A stretch of DNA of 64,000 nt, taken from assembly GCA_038205935.1 (NCBI GenBank), contig JBBRBK010000004.1:1-64000 (forward strand), given 5' to 3'. Below, in pieces: positions 19,996 to 31,768 of this stretch; the stretch's first letter is position 1, and each line of letters opens with the position of its first letter. The DNA is from Campylobacterales bacterium. Lineage in GTDB: Bacteria; Campylobacterota; Campylobacteria; Campylobacterales; Sulfurimonadaceae. The notes under the pieces are model-generated. The model had not been told where the DNA came from. It made no database searches and saw only the letters and a list, made by a program, of their open reading frames with translations. The position numbers and the translations under genes are program-made.

Positions 19996-20879
19996 TGAAA
20001 ATTATTTTACTTTCCGTACTTCTTGGAACTGCTCTTTTTGCAAATGATGCTTTCATCTCGGTAGATACCCTTAAAAATGAGATGAATAATAAAAATACTA
20101 TTATCTTGGATATCTCAGATTCACAAACATACATGCAAGGACATATAAAAAATGCTGTTTTGACTGACATGGAGAAGTTTCGTGATAAAGTTGGTTCTTA
20201 TGCCCTTATGAAAAAATCTGCCCAAGTACAAAAAATGGCTCGAAATCTTGGTATCAATGATAACTCTCATATCGTTATCTACGGTCATGGTAATCCAAAA
20301 GATCTTCTCAAAGAGAGCTATATGGCGCTTACTTTCATTGTTAACGGTGCAAAAGATGTTTCTATTCTAAACGGTGGCTACCTCGCGTGGACGTTTGAGA
20401 GTAATATCCTCTCTTCAACATCTTCAAGCTCTCCTAAAGATGGGAATTTTACCTCTATTTATAATCCAAATATCCTTGTTGATCTGAACTATGTGAAAAA
20501 CTCTATAGGGAAGGTTCCTATGGTCGATGCACGTTCAACTGATATCTACTATGGAACTTCACCTTCAAAGGATGTCAAGCGCATAGGACATATCAAAGGT
20601 GCGATGTCAAGCTTCTGGAAGGATAAATTTTTAACAGATGAAACATTGAGAAATGATGAGGAGTTAAAAGATATCTTTTTGAAGGGATATAATCTTAAAA
20701 AAGATGATGAAGTGATCGCTTATTGTACAGGTGGACTCGAAGCTTCTATGAACTGGTATATCTTATATAGTTATCTAGGACTCAAAAATACAAAACTTTA
20801 TGATGCGTCAATGCGTGAATGGGGAAATCGTGATGATACGCCTATGGAGCGTTTTAAGTGGGAAATATTCTCTAAATAA
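19995..20879 (+). CDS. Exported tandem rhodanese sulfurtransferase
   Basis: Signal peptide; GHIKNA, LNGG..AW, VDARS, GHIKGA, YCTGG active site, YDASMREW. Confidence 0.9.
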   Translation: MKIILLSVLLGTALFANDAFISVDTLKNEMNNKNTIILDISDSQTYMQGHIKNAVLTDMEKFRDKVGSYALMKKSAQVQKMARNLGINDNSHIVIYGHGNPKDLLKESYMALTFIVNGAKDVSILNGGYLAWTFESNILSSTSSSSPKDGNFTSIYNPNILVDLNYVKNSIGKVPMVDARSTDIYYGTSPSKDVKRIGHIKGAMSSFWKDKFLTDETLRNDEELKDIFLKGYNLKKDDEVIAYCTGGLEASMNWYILYSYLGLKNTKLYDASMREWGNRDDTPMERFKWEIFSK

Positions 20880-20890
20880 TCTCTTACATG

Positions 20891-20909
20891 CGTAAGTGCC
20901 CTTTGGGTA
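20891..20909 (+). repeat. 19-bp mini-hairpin element inserted in CTTACATG^TAAG (copy A)
   Basis: CTTACATG-[CGTAAGTGCCCTTTGGGTA]-TAAG; near-identical to the reverse complement of 41035-41052. Confidence 0.8.
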
Positions 20910-20941
20910 TAAGGGTACTCTACATGTAAAAGTAAAACTGC

Positions 20942-21160
20942 CTACTTATATCTATAAGTAATGCGACCTTTGTCAAGTGAGTATGGAGTAAGTTCGAGTT
21001 TTACACGGTCACCCGGTAATATCTTTATATAGTGCATACGCATCTTTCCAGCGATATGACACAATATAACGTGACCATTATCCAGCTCTACACGAAACGT
21101 TGCATTTGGTAAAGCTACAATAATCTTGCCATCAACCTCGATAACGTCTGATTTTGCCAT
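20942..21160 (-). CDS. infA: Translation initiation factor IF-1
   Basis: [11 protein letters not shown]...[10 protein letters not shown]...[12 protein letters not shown]...PYSLDKGRI. Confidence 0.97.
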   Translation of the reverse strand: MAKSDVIEVDGKIIVALPNATFRVELDNGHVILCHIAGKMRMHYIKILPGDRVKLELTPYSLDKGRITYRYK

Positions 21161-21170
21161 CTTTAAATCC

Positions 21171-21938
21171 TTATTTCTCTTGTTGTAGAGATAATATTTC
21201 AGCCCTGCCACCAACTACAGCGACAGTATGCTCATAATGTGAACCGCGTAAACCATCGGTACTAACTACATCCCAACCATTAGCTCTAATAATAGGCTTG
21301 GTTTCTTTTTGACAAATCATAGGCTCTAAACAAAAAACCATCCCATTTTTGATCTTTGGACCAGCTTTAGGATTAGCTCCATCAAGATAGTTCGGGATCT
21401 CAGGTTCTTCATGAGGTTTTTTACCGATCCCATGACCGCAAAAATTTTTCAAAGGTACAAAACCTCTAGATAAAATAAACTGTTCCATCAAATAGGAAAG
21501 CTCTTTAAAGCGCATTCCATCTTTGATATTTTCAATCGCATGATAAAGCGTATCTTTCGCGCAAGCGATCAATGCTTCATCTGCTTGAGTTATCTTACCA
21601 ACCCCTACAGAGATAGCTGCATCTCCAAAGTAACTATCAAGTTCTGTTCCAATATCAAAACCGATCACATCGCCCTCTTGGAGCTTGTAATCAGTCGGAA
21701 TACCGTGAATGATCACTTCATTAAGCGAAGTACATACAGCATTTGGAAAACCGTATAAACCTTTAAAAGATGGCTTGGCGCCATGAGAGCGGATATAATC
21801 CTCTGCCATAGCATCAAGTTCTTTTAATGAAACGCCTACTTTAGTATTTTCTCTCAGAAGTTGCAGAGCGCCGCCAACAATTTTGTTAGCAGCGCGAAGT
21901 TTTTCGATCTCTTGTGGTTTTCTAATAGCAATCGCCAT
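21171..21938 (-). CDS. map: Methionine aminopeptidase type I
   Basis: [31 protein letters not shown]. Confidence 0.96.
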   Translation of the reverse strand: MAIAIRKPQEIEKLRAANKIVGGALQLLRENTKVGVSLKELDAMAEDYIRSHGAKPSFKGLYGFPNAVCTSLNEVIIHGIPTDYKLQEGDVIGFDIGTELDSYFGDAAISVGVGKITQADEALIACAKDTLYHAIENIKDGMRFKELSYLMEQFILSRGFVPLKNFCGHGIGKKPHEEPEIPNYLDGANPKAGPKIKNGMVFCLEPMICQKETKPIIRANGWDVVSTDGLRGSHYEHTVAVVGGRAEILSLQQEK

Positions 21939-21940
21939 TT

Positions 21941-23203
21941 TTACAGACCAACCGCGCTTAGTGTTTGATACTTACTCATATAGATCTGAGCTTCAATTTT
22001 TCTCATTGTATCAAGTGCAACCTGAACAACGATCAAAACGGCAGTTCCACCAAAGTAAAATGGCACACCCATACCTTTTATAATCATAAACGGTAAAGTA
22101 GCAACCAAACCAAGGTAAAGAGCACCAGTAAAAGTAAGATTACCCGCAGTTAAGTTTAAAAAGTTTTTAGTAGCTTCTCCAGTACGAATACCAGGAATAA
22201 AACCGCCTTGACGTTTTAAATTTTCAGAGATATCTTTTGCATTGAAAGTGATTGATGAGTAAAAGAACGCAAAAAACACAACAAATACGAAAGTTAAAAA
22301 GTTAAAAAAGTATCCACCTGGGTGAAGGTAATCCGCTACTGCTTGAACTGTTGGATTCTGAGAGCTCGAAAGAACTGTCATAGGAAACATCAAAATTGCA
22401 CTAGCAAAGATAACCGGAATAACACCAGCAAGATTCACTTTAATAGGGATATAGTTCATAACGCGTTTATTCTGATTTTGCATCATTGTTTTTTTCGCGT
22501 ATGTGACAGGAATACGGCGTTCACCCAGTTCGACATAAATGATAACACCGATAGTTCCAAGTATAAGAGCAAGTACTGCAAGAAGAGTAAAGAAGTTCAT
22601 CTCACCTGTATTGATCATTGTAAACGTATGCCCGATTGCAGTTGGTATAGATGAAACAATACCAGCGAAGATAATCAAAGAGATACCGTTTCCGATTCCA
22701 CCTTGTGTTATTTGCTCTCCAATCCACATAAGCAACATTGTTCCAGCAAGCATTGAAACTGCAGACAATAAAATAAAAGTATTGTGATCTATCAAGATAG
22801 CACTGTTACCTGTTGGTCCTGTCATACTTTGTAAACCGATACTTACACCAATAGCCTGAACAACTGTTATTACGATAGTCGCATAACGAATAATCTGCAT
22901 ATATTTCACCATACCATCACGCTCTTTTTTCATTTGAGCGAGAGCAGGAAAAGTAGCCGCTAAAAGCTCCATAATAATCGAAGCAGTAATATAAGGCATA
23001 ATTCCAAGTGAGATAATAGACATACGTTGTACAGCGTTACCACTGAACATATTCATAAGTCCTAAAGCGTCATTGTTGTGGGTATTGAAGAAAGAAGCGA
23101 TGACAGAAGCATCAACACCGGGAACTGGCACATATGCCAGTAAGCGGTAGATGAATAAAAAACCAACCGTAATAAGTATCTTATTTACGAGATTTTTGTT
23201 CAC
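21941..23203 (-). CDS. secY: Preprotein translocase SecY
   Basis: SLGIMPYITASIIM, GIGNGISLIIFAGI, AGVIPVIFA, FIPGIR, GGTAVLIVV. Confidence 0.98.
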   Translation of the reverse strand: MNKNLVNKILITVGFLFIYRLLAYVPVPGVDASVIASFFNTHNNDALGLMNMFSGNAVQRMSIISLGIMPYITASIIMELLAATFPALAQMKKERDGMVKYMQIIRYATIVITVVQAIGVSIGLQSMTGPTGNSAILIDHNTFILLSAVSMLAGTMLLMWIGEQITQGGIGNGISLIIFAGIVSSIPTAIGHTFTMINTGEMNFFTLLAVLALILGTIGVIIYVELGERRIPVTYAKKTMMQNQNKRVMNYIPIKVNLAGVIPVIFASAILMFPMTVLSSSQNPTVQAVADYLHPGGYFFNFLTFVFVVFFAFFYSSITFNAKDISENLKRQGGFIPGIRTGEATKNFLNLTAGNLTFTGALYLGLVATLPFMIIKGMGVPFYFGGTAVLIVVQVALDTMRKIEAQIYMSKYQTLSAVGL

Positions 23204-23205
23204 AA

Positions 23206-23604
23206 TTATTTACCTGTAGTTAAAACGTTTTCGTCTTTGATTTTAGATGCTAAATCTTTAGCAGTTGAACCAACAAGTTTCACTCTAACAACAGATTTTC
23301 CAAGTTTATGTACAGAACGGATAGTTTCCATAGTGATTTCTGCAAGCTCAGCAACAGCTGTAATACGCTCAACATTGATTACGTATGGTTTATTGTTTTT
23401 TACAGTAAACCCGACTTTTGGTAAACGGCGAGCTAAAGGTTGTTGTCCACCCTCGAAGTTACGTTTTGCATTGTAACCTGAACGAGCTTTTTGACCTTTA
23501 TGACCTTTTCCAGAAGTTTTACCAGTACCACTTGCGTGGCCACGGCCGATTCTTTTTCTATTCGAAGTAGAACCTTCAGCAGGAGTTAAATTTTCTAATG
23601 CCAT
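23206..23604 (-). CDS. rplO: 50S ribosomal protein L15
   Basis: [39 protein letters not shown]. Confidence 0.97.
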   Translation of the reverse strand: MALENLTPAEGSTSNRKRIGRGHASGTGKTSGKGHKGQKARSGYNAKRNFEGGQQPLARRLPKVGFTVKNNKPYVINVERITAVAELAEITMETIRSVHKLGKSVVRVKLVGSTAKDLASKIKDENVLTTGK

Positions 23605-23607
23605 ACC

Positions 23608-24051
23608 TTATCCTTTTATTTTTGATAGAGCTTCGATTGTAGCACGTACCAAAGTATTTGGATTGTTAGAACCGATTGATTTAGTAAGCACATCTTTGAT
23701 ACCTGCTAGCTCAAGAACTGGACGCGCAGCTCCACCGGCGATAACACCCGTACCTTCTGAAGCAGGCTTCAAAAGAACACGGCTTGCGTTATATTTGTGC
23801 TCTATATCGTGAGCGATTGTTGTACCTTTAATCTTAACAGTAGTTAAGTTTTTAAATGCATTATCAACTGCTTTACGAATAGCATCTGGTACCTCTTTAG
23901 CTTTACCAACACCATAACCGACAGTACCATTCTTGTTACCGACAACTATAAGTGCAGTAAAACGAAAACGTCTACCACCTTTTACAACTTTGGTCACACG
24001 ACCAATATTTACGATTGATTCTTCAAAATCTTCTCTATTGATTTGCATCAT
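23608..24051 (-). CDS. rpsE: 30S ribosomal protein S5
   Basis: [29 protein letters not shown]. Confidence 0.97.
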   Translation of the reverse strand: MMQINREDFEESIVNIGRVTKVVKGGRRFRFTALIVVGNKNGTVGYGVGKAKEVPDAIRKAVDNAFKNLTTVKIKGTTIAHDIEHKYNASRVLLKPASEGTGVIAGGAARPVLELAGIKDVLTKSIGSNNPNTLVRATIEALSKIKG

Positions 24052-24056
24052 GACCC

Positions 24057-24413
24057 CTAGAACTTAATTTCGTTTGCACGAAGAGCTTCACCAAACGCAG
24101 CGATAACACCATGATATTGGTAACCATTACGATCGAAAACGATTGCAGTTATACCAGCAGCTTTTAATGTTGCAGCGAATGCAGCACCTAATGCAGCAGC
24201 ACCGTCTTTGTTTGCACGAAGACCATTTGCTTTTGAATGGATAGCCGCTAATGTTACTGAAGCAGTATCATCAATCGCCTGTGCACTCAAATATCTGTTT
24301 GAACGGAATACAGAAACACGAGGAAGTGTAGCACAACCAGAAATTTTTGAACGAATACTACGCTTACGTTTAATACGCTTAGCTAGTTTTTGTTTCATTA
24401 CTTTAACATTCAT
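24057..24413 (-). CDS. rplR: 50S ribosomal protein L18
   Basis: [22 protein letters not shown]. Confidence 0.97.
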   Translation of the reverse strand: MNVKVMKQKLAKRIKRKRSIRSKISGCATLPRVSVFRSNRYLSAQAIDDTASVTLAAIHSKANGLRANKDGAAALGAAFAATLKAAGITAIVFDRNGYQYHGVIAAFGEALRANEIKF

Positions 24414-24427
24414 TTAACTACCTCCCC

Positions 24428-24964
24428 TTATTTCTTAGATGTTTTACCGGCTTTACGCACGATAACTTCACCAACATATTTAACACCTTTACCCTTGTAA
24501 GGCTCTGGTGGACGGAATGCGCGGATCTCAGCACAAATTTGACCAATTTCTTGTTTGTTGATACCTTTAACAGTAACAACATTTTTCTCTACAACAACTT
24601 CAACGCCAGCAGGAATTGGAAAGTTAATATCATGAGAAAAACCAAGTTGAAGATTAAGAATACTGCCATTTACTGCAGCACGGTAACCAACACCGTTAAT
24701 CTCTAATTGCTTCATATATCCAGTTGTTAAACCAACTACAATATTTGCAGCAAGAGCACGGTAAGTTCCCCAAAATGCGCGATCTGCACGAGCATCAGAT
24801 TTTGTACTAAAAGTTAAAGTGTTATCTTCAAGAGCGATACCAACATTTCCTTTAGTATCTAAATCAACACTGTTTGAACCTTTTACAAAAGTAATGATAG
24901 AACCATCAACTGTAACTTTAATATCTGAAGTAACTACTACAGGAAGTTTTCCAATACGACTCAT
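24428..24964 (-). CDS. rplF: 50S ribosomal protein L6
   Basis: MSRIGK, GVGYRA, LGFSH, PEPYKGKGVKY. Confidence 0.97.
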   Translation of the reverse strand: MSRIGKLPVVVTSDIKVTVDGSIITFVKGSNSVDLDTKGNVGIALEDNTLTFSTKSDARADRAFWGTYRALAANIVVGLTTGYMKQLEINGVGYRAAVNGSILNLQLGFSHDINFPIPAGVEVVVEKNVVTVKGINKQEIGQICAEIRAFRPPEPYKGKGVKYVGEVIVRKAGKTSKK

Positions 24965-24974
24965 CTTCTACCCC

Positions 24975-25370
24975 CTACCATACTGTACAAAGAACTTCGC
25001 CGCCAACGTTAAGCTCGTGTGCTTTATCGTTAGTGATTACGCCCTTTGATGTACTTACTATGATTGTTCCATAACCATTTTTGAAACGTTTGATCTCAGA
25101 TGCCTGCTTATAAACACGGCGACCTGGTTTAGATATACGTTTCAATTCATTGATTACAGTTTTACCATTTTCATCATACTTTAATACAACATTGATAGTT
25201 TTTTTAATGCCGTCTTCAACAACATTACAACTTTCAATATAACCTTTTTCTACTAATATGTTTGCTATTGCTTCAACTGATTTGTTGTGAACTAAAGTAG
25301 TCACATCTAGTCTACGCATAGCAGCATTACGAACGCGTGTTAACGCATCTGCAATTAAATCATTAATCAT
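24975..25370 (-). CDS. rpsH: 30S ribosomal protein S8
   Basis: [33 protein letters not shown]. Confidence 0.97.
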   Translation of the reverse strand: MINDLIADALTRVRNAAMRRLDVTTLVHNKSVEAIANILVEKGYIESCNVVEDGIKKTINVVLKYDENGKTVINELKRISKPGRRVYKQASEIKRFKNGYGTIIVSTSKGVITNDKAHELNVGGEVLCTVW

Positions 25371-25441
25371 TTATTGTCCTTGTTGCTATTAAGCAGTTAA
25401 GAGTTTCATTTTGATAGGTAAAAAGAACGAGTCCTTTTCAC

Positions 25442-25553
25442 TACGCTAACGCTTTGTTTCCTTCAACAGGAGGCTCGCGCACTAGTGCGCTTGGAACTTC
25501 GCTTACGCTAGTTCCATTTTTCCTCTTACATGTAAGGACATTTTGTTAGCGTA
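25442..25553. repeat. Structured palindromic element in the rpsN-rpsH spacer
   Basis: Terminal IR TACGCTAAC/GTTAGCGTA enclosing GCGCACTAGTGCGC, TGGAACT/AGTTCCA and CTTACATGTAAG. Confidence 0.6.
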
Positions 25554-25559
25554 TTTTTT

Positions 25560-25745
25560 CTACCAAGAAGACTTTCTAACGCCTGGGATTAACCCTTCAT
25601 TTGCCATTTTTCTAAAGCAGATGCGACAGATACCAAAATCACGTAGTACAGAGTGTGGACGACCACAGATCTGACAACGTGTATAACCACGAACTTTGAA
25701 TTTAGGAGTTCTATTCGCTTTCGCGATCATTGACTTCTTAGCCAT
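25560..25745 (-). CDS. rpsN: 30S ribosomal protein S14 (short zinc-binding type Z)
   Basis: 61 aa; RCQICGR...[16 protein letters not shown]. Confidence 0.97.
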   Translation of the reverse strand: MAKKSMIAKANRTPKFKVRGYTRCQICGRPHSVLRDFGICRICFRKMANEGLIPGVRKSSW

Positions 25746-26290
25746 TATTCTCTTCCTTTTGCAAACGGCATACCCATTTTTTCGAGTAATGCAAACGCTT
25801 GTTTATCGTCTGAACCAGTAGTTACGATAGTAATATTCATACCGTGGATTTGCATAATTGAATCATAATCAACTTCTGGGAAGATTAATTGTTCTTGCAA
25901 ACCAAAGTTGTAGTTACCACGACCATCAAAACCGTTACGAGCAACACCACGGAAATCTTTAACACGTGGAAGTGCTACAGAGATCAAACGGTCAAGGAAG
26001 TTGTACATGTTTTCGCCACGTAAAGTAACTTTAACACCTACAGGCATACCTTCACGTACTTTAAAACCTGCAACAGATTTCTTAGCGATAACAGTAGTAG
26101 CACGTTGTCCTGCGATTGCAGTAATTGTGTCTTCTATGTTTTGGATAAGTTTGTTATCTTTCATAGCAAAACCAGCACCAACACTAATCATGATCTTATC
26201 AACAGCAGGAACATCCATGATGTTTGCTATTGCAAGCTCTTTTTGTAGTTCAGGTTTCATTGCAAGAAATTTTTCTTTTAAACGTGCCAT
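25745..26290 (-). CDS. rplE: 50S ribosomal protein L5
   Basis: [36 protein letters not shown]. Confidence 0.97.
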   Translation of the reverse strand: MARLKEKFLAMKPELQKELAIANIMDVPAVDKIMISVGAGFAMKDNKLIQNIEDTITAIAGQRATTVIAKKSVAGFKVREGMPVGVKVTLRGENMYNFLDRLISVALPRVKDFRGVARNGFDGRGNYNFGLQEQLIFPEVDYDSIMQIHGMNITIVTTGSDDKQAFALLEKMGMPFAKGRE

Positions 26291-26293
26291 GAA

Positions 26294-26524
26294 TTATGCC
26301 TCCACTTTACGTACATTTGAAGCATCAATTGGCATCTCTTTATTAATAAAGCCGCCTTTTGGATTCTCTTCAGTTGGTTTAACAGTTTTCTTAGCTATTT
26401 TACAACCCTGTACTATTACTTTGTTTTTCTTTGGCATTACTACTAGAACTTCTGCCTTAGTGCCTTTATCGTCACCAGCCATAATCTCTACAGTATCACC
26501 TTTTTTGAAATTAAATTTTGCCAT
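26294..26524 (-). CDS. rplX: 50S ribosomal protein L24
   Basis: KKGDTVEIMAGDDKG KOW motif, EMPIDASNV. Confidence 0.96.
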   Translation of the reverse strand: MAKFNFKKGDTVEIMAGDDKGTKAEVLVVMPKKNKVIVQGCKIAKKTVKPTEENPKGGFINKEMPIDASNVRKVEA

Positions 26525-26892
26525 TATACAACCTCCGGCGCAAGAGATACGATTTTCATGAAACCTGAATAACGAACTTCACGGCTTACTGGTCCAAATA
26601 TACGAGTACCAATTGGCTCACGTTTTGAATCCAAGATTACAGCTGCATTGTCATCGAAACGAATCAATGAACCGTTTTCACGTTGTACCTCTTTTTTAGT
26701 TCTAACAACTACTGCTTTAACAACTGCGCCTTTTTTGACTTTTGCAGTTGGTATAGCTTTTTTTACTGAAGCAACGATCACATCACCAACAGTAGCATAG
26801 CGTTTTCTAGATCCGCCAAGTACTTTGATACACATGATCTCTTTTGCACCAGTATTATCCGCAACGTTTAGGCGAGTGAAACTTTGAATCAT
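26524..26892 (-). CDS. rplN: 50S ribosomal protein L14
   Basis: [30 protein letters not shown]. Confidence 0.98.
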   Translation of the reverse strand: MIQSFTRLNVADNTGAKEIMCIKVLGGSRKRYATVGDVIVASVKKAIPTAKVKKGAVVKAVVVRTKKEVQRENGSLIRFDDNAAVILDSKREPIGTRIFGPVSREVRYSGFMKIVSLAPEVV

Positions 26893-27143
26893 GCTTCTGC
26901 TCCTACTAATACAATGCTTTTTAATCTATAAGATTTAGTTTTAGATAAAGGACGACATTCAGCAGCAACGATCTCGTCACCCACTTTTAGTTCGTTACGC
27001 TCATCATGTACAAGGTACTTTTTGAAACGTTTCACAACTTTATGGTAACGAGGGTGCATTACACGACGCTCTACCAAAATTGATACTGTTTTATCACCAG
27101 ATATTTTAATTACACTGCCTTGAATTTCACGTTTATGTGTCAT
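26889..27143 (-). CDS. rpsQ: 30S ribosomal protein S17
   Basis: [26 protein letters not shown]. Confidence 0.96.
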   Translation of the reverse strand: MTHKREIQGSVIKISGDKTVSILVERRVMHPRYHKVVKRFKKYLVHDERNELKVGDEIVAAECRPLSKTKSYRLKSIVLVGAEA

Positions 27144-27152
27144 TACCAACCC

Positions 27153-27338
27153 TTACTTCATTGCGCTAAGCGCAGTGTTGATACGTGCAATATCTTTTTT
27201 AGCGATACGTAGTTCGCTATTATTTGTTAATTGCATCATTTTTTGTTTTATTTTTAAAGTAAACAGCTCAGTTTTTTTAACTTTTAGCATTGCTAGAAGC
27301 TCAGCTGCACTTTTTCCTGCTAAATCAGAATATTTCAT
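27153..27338 (-). CDS. rpmC: 50S ribosomal protein L29
   Basis: Position between rplP and rps[10 protein letters not shown]. Confidence 0.93.
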   Translation of the reverse strand: MKYSDLAGKSAAELLAMLKVKKTELFTLKIKQKMMQLTNNSELRIAKKDIARINTALSAMK

Positions 27339-27750
27339 TGCTCATCTCCGCAGTTATTATTTTAGTTTTAAATGGTAGCTTGTGCATTGCAAGAGTTAGC
27401 GCTTCACGTGCTATATCATGTGGTACACCACCCATTTCAAATATGATACGACCTGGTTTAATATTCATAACCCATTGATCAACAGCACCCTTACCTTTAC
27501 CCATACGAGTTTCAAGAGGTTTTGCAGTTAACGGTTTGGCAGGGAATACTCTGATCCAAATTTTACCATTACGTTTAATATGACGAGTTGCAGAAATACG
27601 AGCTGATTCTATTTGACGTGAATTGATACGTCCAGCTTCAACAGCCTTAAATGCAATAGTTCCAAAAGTCAGTGTATATCCACTACGAGCGTAACCACGG
27701 TTACGACCCTTCATCATTTTACGGTATTTAGTTCTCTTAGGCAATAACAT
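27325..27750 (-). CDS. rplP: 50S ribosomal protein L16
   Basis: [28 protein letters not shown]. Confidence 0.98.
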   Translation of the reverse strand: MLLPKRTKYRKMMKGRNRGYARSGYTLTFGTIAFKAVEAGRINSRQIESARISATRHIKRNGKIWIRVFPAKPLTAKPLETRMGKGKGAVDQWVMNIKPGRIIFEMGGVPHDIAREALTLAMHKLPFKTKIITAEMSNEIF

Positions 27751-27752
27751 AA

Positions 27753-28475
27753 CTATTCAGCCTTTCCGCTATTTTCGCGTCTTGGAGCACGTTTAACTGG
27801 GCGACGTGACTCTTGTTTTTCTTCTTTTACTTCAGCAGGAATACCTTTTGTAAGTACTTCACCTTTGAATATCCAAACTTTAACACCAATACAACCATAA
27901 GTTGTGTGTGCTTCAGCAAAACCGTAATCTATTTTTGCACGTAGAGTATGAAGTGGAACACGTCCCTCTAAATACCACTCAGTACGTGCCATTTCAGCAC
28001 CACCAAGACGACCAGAAACAGATACTTTAATACCTTTTGCACCAGAACGTTGTGCACCCTGCATAACTTTTTTCATCGCACGGCGGAAAGCAACACGACG
28101 CTCAAGTTGAGTAGCAACATTTTCTGCAACAAGTTGAGCAGAAGCCTGAGCTTTTTTCTCTTCTTTGATGTTTACAGAAACTGGTTTACCAATCAATTTT
28201 TCAAGAGTAGATTTCAATTTCTCGATATCTGAACCTTTTTTACCGATGATAATACCAGGACGAGCAGCGATAATAGTTACACGTAAACGTTTAACAGTAC
28301 GCTCAATAATGATGTTAGAAACACCAGAATAGTAAAGCTCTTTTTTCAAATATGTACGGATTTTATGATCTTCACCAATGTTATCCGCAGCAGTTTTGAA
28401 ATTAGGAAACCAACGGCTTTCCCAGTTACGGTTGATACCAAGGCGAAGGCCAATAGGATTAACTTTTTGTCCCAT
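27753..28475 (-). CDS. rpsC: 30S ribosomal protein S3
   Basis: [30 protein letters not shown]. Confidence 0.98.
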   Translation of the reverse strand: MGQKVNPIGLRLGINRNWESRWFPNFKTAADNIGEDHKIRTYLKKELYYSGVSNIIIERTVKRLRVTIIAARPGIIIGKKGSDIEKLKSTLEKLIGKPVSVNIKEEKKAQASAQLVAENVATQLERRVAFRRAMKKVMQGAQRSGAKGIKVSVSGRLGGAEMARTEWYLEGRVPLHTLRAKIDYGFAEAHTTYGCIGVKVWIFKGEVLTKGIPAEVKEEKQESRRPVKRAPRRENSGKAE

Positions 28476-28477
28476 AA

Positions 28478-28795
28478 TTATTTACCCTCTACTTCTACTA
28501 AAATATGTGCTGTTGGTTTACGAATACCAGACGCCATACCACGAGCACGTGGACGGAAACGTTTAAGTACCGGACCATTATCAACACGGCAAGATTTAAT
28601 AACACAATCTGCTGCTTCGATACCACTGTTAGCTACTGCAGATGCAACAACTTTAGCAATGATTTTTGCTGCTTTGTTTGGAGTGAATTCTAAAGCTGCA
28701 AGTGCAAGCTCAGCATTCATACCTTGAATTTCACGAGCAACAAGACGTGATTTGATAGGTGAAACACGGATAAATTTTAATAATGCTCTAGCCAT
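28478..28795 (-). CDS. rplV: 50S ribosomal protein L22
   Basis: [24 protein letters not shown]. Confidence 0.97.
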   Translation of the reverse strand: MARALLKFIRVSPIKSRLVAREIQGMNAELALAALEFTPNKAAKIIAKVVASAVANSGIEAADCVIKSCRVDNGPVLKRFRPRARGMASGIRKPTAHILVEVEGK

Positions 28796-28797
28796 AA

Positions 28798-29076
28798 TTA
28801 ACCTACCTTTTTCTGTACAGAACCTTTATGGCCCTTGAACGTACGAGTTGGAGCGAATTCTCCAAGTTTATAACCAATATGGTTTTCAGAGACAAATACT
28901 GGTACGAATTGACGTCCGTTGTGAACATTGAATGTCAAACCAACCATCTCTGGAAGAACCATACTACGACGTGACCAAGTTTTGATAGGTTTGTTGTCTT
29001 TTGCAGCTTTTGCAGCGACAACTTTCTTCATCAAATGATCATCAACAAATGGACCTTTTTTTACACTTCTTGCCAT
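28798..29076 (-). CDS. rpsS: 30S ribosomal protein S19
   Basis: [26 protein letters not shown]. Confidence 0.98.
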   Translation of the reverse strand: MARSVKKGPFVDDHLMKKVVAAKAAKDNKPIKTWSRRSMVLPEMVGLTFNVHNGRQFVPVFVSENHIGYKLGEFAPTRTFKGHKGSVQKKVG

Positions 29077-29080
29077 TTAA

Positions 29081-29920
29081 CTACCTCTTCGGATTAGATT
29101 TACGGCGAGTAATAATAAGTTTATCACTAGCTTTTTTACGACGAGTTTTAGCACCCTTCGTTGGTTTACCCCACGGAGTAACCGGATGACGTCCTGAATT
29201 CGTTTTACCTTCACCACCACCATGCGGGTGATCGACAGGGTTCATCGCAGAACCACGAGTTTGAGGACGGATACCCATATGACGAGAACGACCAGCTTTC
29301 GCTATAACAATATTAATATATTCTTCGTTACCGACAACACCAACAGTAGCATAACACTCACCTAAAACTAAACGCATTTCAGAAGATGGCATACGAAGAG
29401 AAACATATTTCCCATCACGTCCCATAATTTGTGCACTTGTTCCAGCTGAACGAACCATTTGACCACCTTTACCAGGCTTTAGTTCGATATTGTGTACAGT
29501 TGTACCAACCGGGATACTCATTAGTTTCATTGCATTACCAACTTTAACGTCAAGACCAGATTCAGCAGATGAAATAACATCTCCTACATTAAGACCTTTT
29601 GGTTGAAGAATATAACGTTTTTCACCATCAGCATAGTTGATTAGAGCAATACGACAGTTACGGTACGGATCATACTCGATAGCTGCTACTGTTCCAGGTA
29701 CATTTAACTTATCACGTTTAAAATCAATTATACGGTATAGTTTTTTTGCACCCGCTTGTTTATGACGAGAAGTGATACGACCATTGTTATTACGTCCAGC
29801 ATGTGCAGGAAGTTTGATAAGCAATGAACGAACACTAGCTTTCGCAGTGATATCACCATTGTCAACATTTGTATAAAAACGACGGCTTGGTGTTACTGGT
29901 TTATAAGTTTTAATAGCCAT
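29081..29920 (-). CDS. rplB: 50S ribosomal protein L2
   Basis: [29 protein letters not shown]. Confidence 0.98.
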   Translation of the reverse strand: MAIKTYKPVTPSRRFYTNVDNGDITAKASVRSLLIKLPAHAGRNNNGRITSRHKQAGAKKLYRIIDFKRDKLNVPGTVAAIEYDPYRNCRIALINYADGEKRYILQPKGLNVGDVISSAESGLDVKVGNAMKLMSIPVGTTVHNIELKPGKGGQMVRSAGTSAQIMGRDGKYVSLRMPSSEMRLVLGECYATVGVVGNEEYINIVIAKAGRSRHMGIRPQTRGSAMNPVDHPHGGGEGKTNSGRHPVTPWGKPTKGAKTRRKKASDKLIITRRKSNPKR

Positions 29921-29921
29921 C

Positions 29922-30203
29922 TTATACCGCCAAACTTTCTATTTGTGCACCCTCTGGTAGAGTAACATAGAACTTTTTGAAGTTGTTTTGTTTACCAGCG
30001 ATACCACGGAAACGTTTTACTTTTCCCGCTTGGTTTAATGAGTTTATACGAGTTGGAACAATTCCAAAATACTCTCTAAACACCTCTTTAAGACCTGTTT
30101 TAGTCATACGAGGAGATGTTTGTACAACGATTACACCATCTTCTTGAAGACCAAGAGTCTTTTCTGTATATATAATAGATTTGATATCTGTAATATCTGC
30201 CAT
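29922..30203 (-). CDS. rplW: 50S ribosomal protein L23
   Basis: [18 protein letters not shown]; operon position. Confidence 0.95.
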   Translation of the reverse strand: MADITDIKSIIYTEKTLGLQEDGVIVVQTSPRMTKTGLKEVFREYFGIVPTRINSLNQAGKVKRFRGIAGKQNNFKKFYVTLPEGAQIESLAV

Positions 30204-30817
30204 TATTCAGCCTCTCTTACAAGATTTTCCCAAACCGCTTTTTCGATCACTACTGAACGATAAGTCGCAGCTAAGAATGCGTTTAACTCATTTTCTTCAA
30301 CTACATAAGCAGCTTGAACGTTACGGAATGCTAAGAATGTTTGTTCATCTAAAATAGATTTTACAAACAATGCATCACGTTGACCAAGAGCATTAAATAT
30401 TGCCATTGCGTCTTTTGTTTTACCAGAAGCAACTTCAAGAGTATCTATAATAAATAGTTTCCCGTTGTTAGCTAACTCGTCTAAAGCAAATTTAAGAGCA
30501 AGTTTCTTTTGCTTTTTGTTGATTTTAAGATCATAGTTACGGTTGTTTTTTGGACCGAAAGCTTGACCACCACCAACAAATAGTGGTGAACGACGTGAAC
30601 CAGCACGTGCTCCACCTTTACCTTTTTGAGCCCATGGTTTTTTACCACCACCGCTTACTTCTGCACGAGTCTTAGCTACAGCTGTGTTTGCACGCAAACC
30701 AGCTTGGTAAGATTTTACGTATAGGTATAAGTTGTGTGAGTGAATCCCACTAAAGCTTGCTGGTAATGCTAACTCAGATGCTTTTTCAAATTTTTCATTA
30801 AGTACTATAGCGCTCAT
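30203..30817 (-). CDS. rplD: 50S ribosomal protein L4
   Basis: [33 protein letters not shown]. Confidence 0.97.
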   Translation of the reverse strand: MSAIVLNEKFEKASELALPASFSGIHSHNLYLYVKSYQAGLRANTAVAKTRAEVSGGGKKPWAQKGKGGARAGSRRSPLFVGGGQAFGPKNNRNYDLKINKKQKKLALKFALDELANNGKLFIIDTLEVASGKTKDAMAIFNALGQRDALFVKSILDEQTFLAFRNVQAAYVVEENELNAFLAATYRSVVIEKAVWENLVREAE

Positions 30818-31392
30818 TATTTAGTAACCTTTACACGACCTAATGCACCGTTAGCACCTGGAATTGATCCAGCAACAACTAGTACACCGTTTTCAGCGTC
30901 ATAAGAGATAATTTCATTTTTAACAGTAATTTTTGTATTACCATATTGACCTGGCATTTTCTTACCTGGTTGTACACGACCTGGCCACTCAGCATTACCG
31001 ATTGAACCAACTAGTCTGTGAAAACGTGAACCGTGACCACCAGGACCACCAGCAAAATTCCAACGTTTCATAGCACCAGTAAAACCGCGACCTTTTGTAT
31101 TAAAAGATGATTTTACAACTTTAGCTGATTCAAGTGGACTCATATCTAAGTCACCAGCTTCAGCGTTTGCAACGCTCATTGTTACAAAACGATTGAATTC
31201 AGCAGATAAAGAATATTTCTTTTGTTGCCCTTCTACCGCTTTATTCATTTTTTTGCCATTGTTATAAGCAACAATTGCAACCCCATTATTAACTTCACAT
31301 ACCTTAGCTTCTTTTACTTTTAATAAAGTAACAGGCTTACTTGGTACAGTGATAGTACGGCTCATACCGATTTTTTCAACAATATATTCCAT
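30817..31392 (-). CDS. rplC: 50S ribosomal protein L3
   Basis: [28 protein letters not shown]. Confidence 0.97.
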   Translation of the reverse strand: MEYIVEKIGMSRTITVPSKPVTLLKVKEAKVCEVNNGVAIVAYNNGKKMNKAVEGQQKKYSLSAEFNRFVTMSVANAEAGDLDMSPLESAKVVKSSFNTKGRGFTGAMKRWNFAGGPGGHGSRFHRLVGSIGNAEWPGRVQPGKKMPGQYGNTKITVKNEIISYDAENGVLVVAGSIPGANGALGRVKVTK

Positions 31393-31401
31393 AACCTATC
31401 C

Positions 31402-31713
31402 TTACTTGTCCATAGAGCGTACTTCTACGTCTACTTCCGGTGCTAGATCAAGTTTCATGAGAGAGTCAACAGTTTCTGGCGTAGCAGAAACGATATCGAT
31501 CAAACGTGCATGCATACGGATCTCAAATTGTTCACGAGAATCTTTATTGATGTGAACAGATTTTAAAACTGTATATTTACGAATCTTTGTTGGCAAAGGA
31601 ATCGGTCCACGAATATGTGCACCAGTACGCTTTACAGCCTCTACGATTGACGCTACAGAACGATCGAGTACACGATGGTCATAAGCTTTCAATTTTAAAC
31701 GAATTTTTTCCAT
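31402..31713 (-). CDS. rpsJ: 30S ribosomal protein S10
   Basis: [27 protein letters not shown]. Confidence 0.98.
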   Translation of the reverse strand: MEKIRLKLKAYDHRVLDRSVASIVEAVKRTGAHIRGPIPLPTKIRKYTVLKSVHINKDSREQFEIRMHARLIDIVSATPETVDSLMKLDLAPEVDVEVRSMDK

Positions 31714-31768
31714 GTTTTTCCTTCTAAAGAACTCGTCAGGTCAAGCCTAACTATATTAAGGGAACGGA

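Noticed and set aside
23604..23608. No rpmD (L30) between rpsE and rplO, and no adk after secY
   Set aside because: This is the usual arrangement in Campylobacterota and is not novel.
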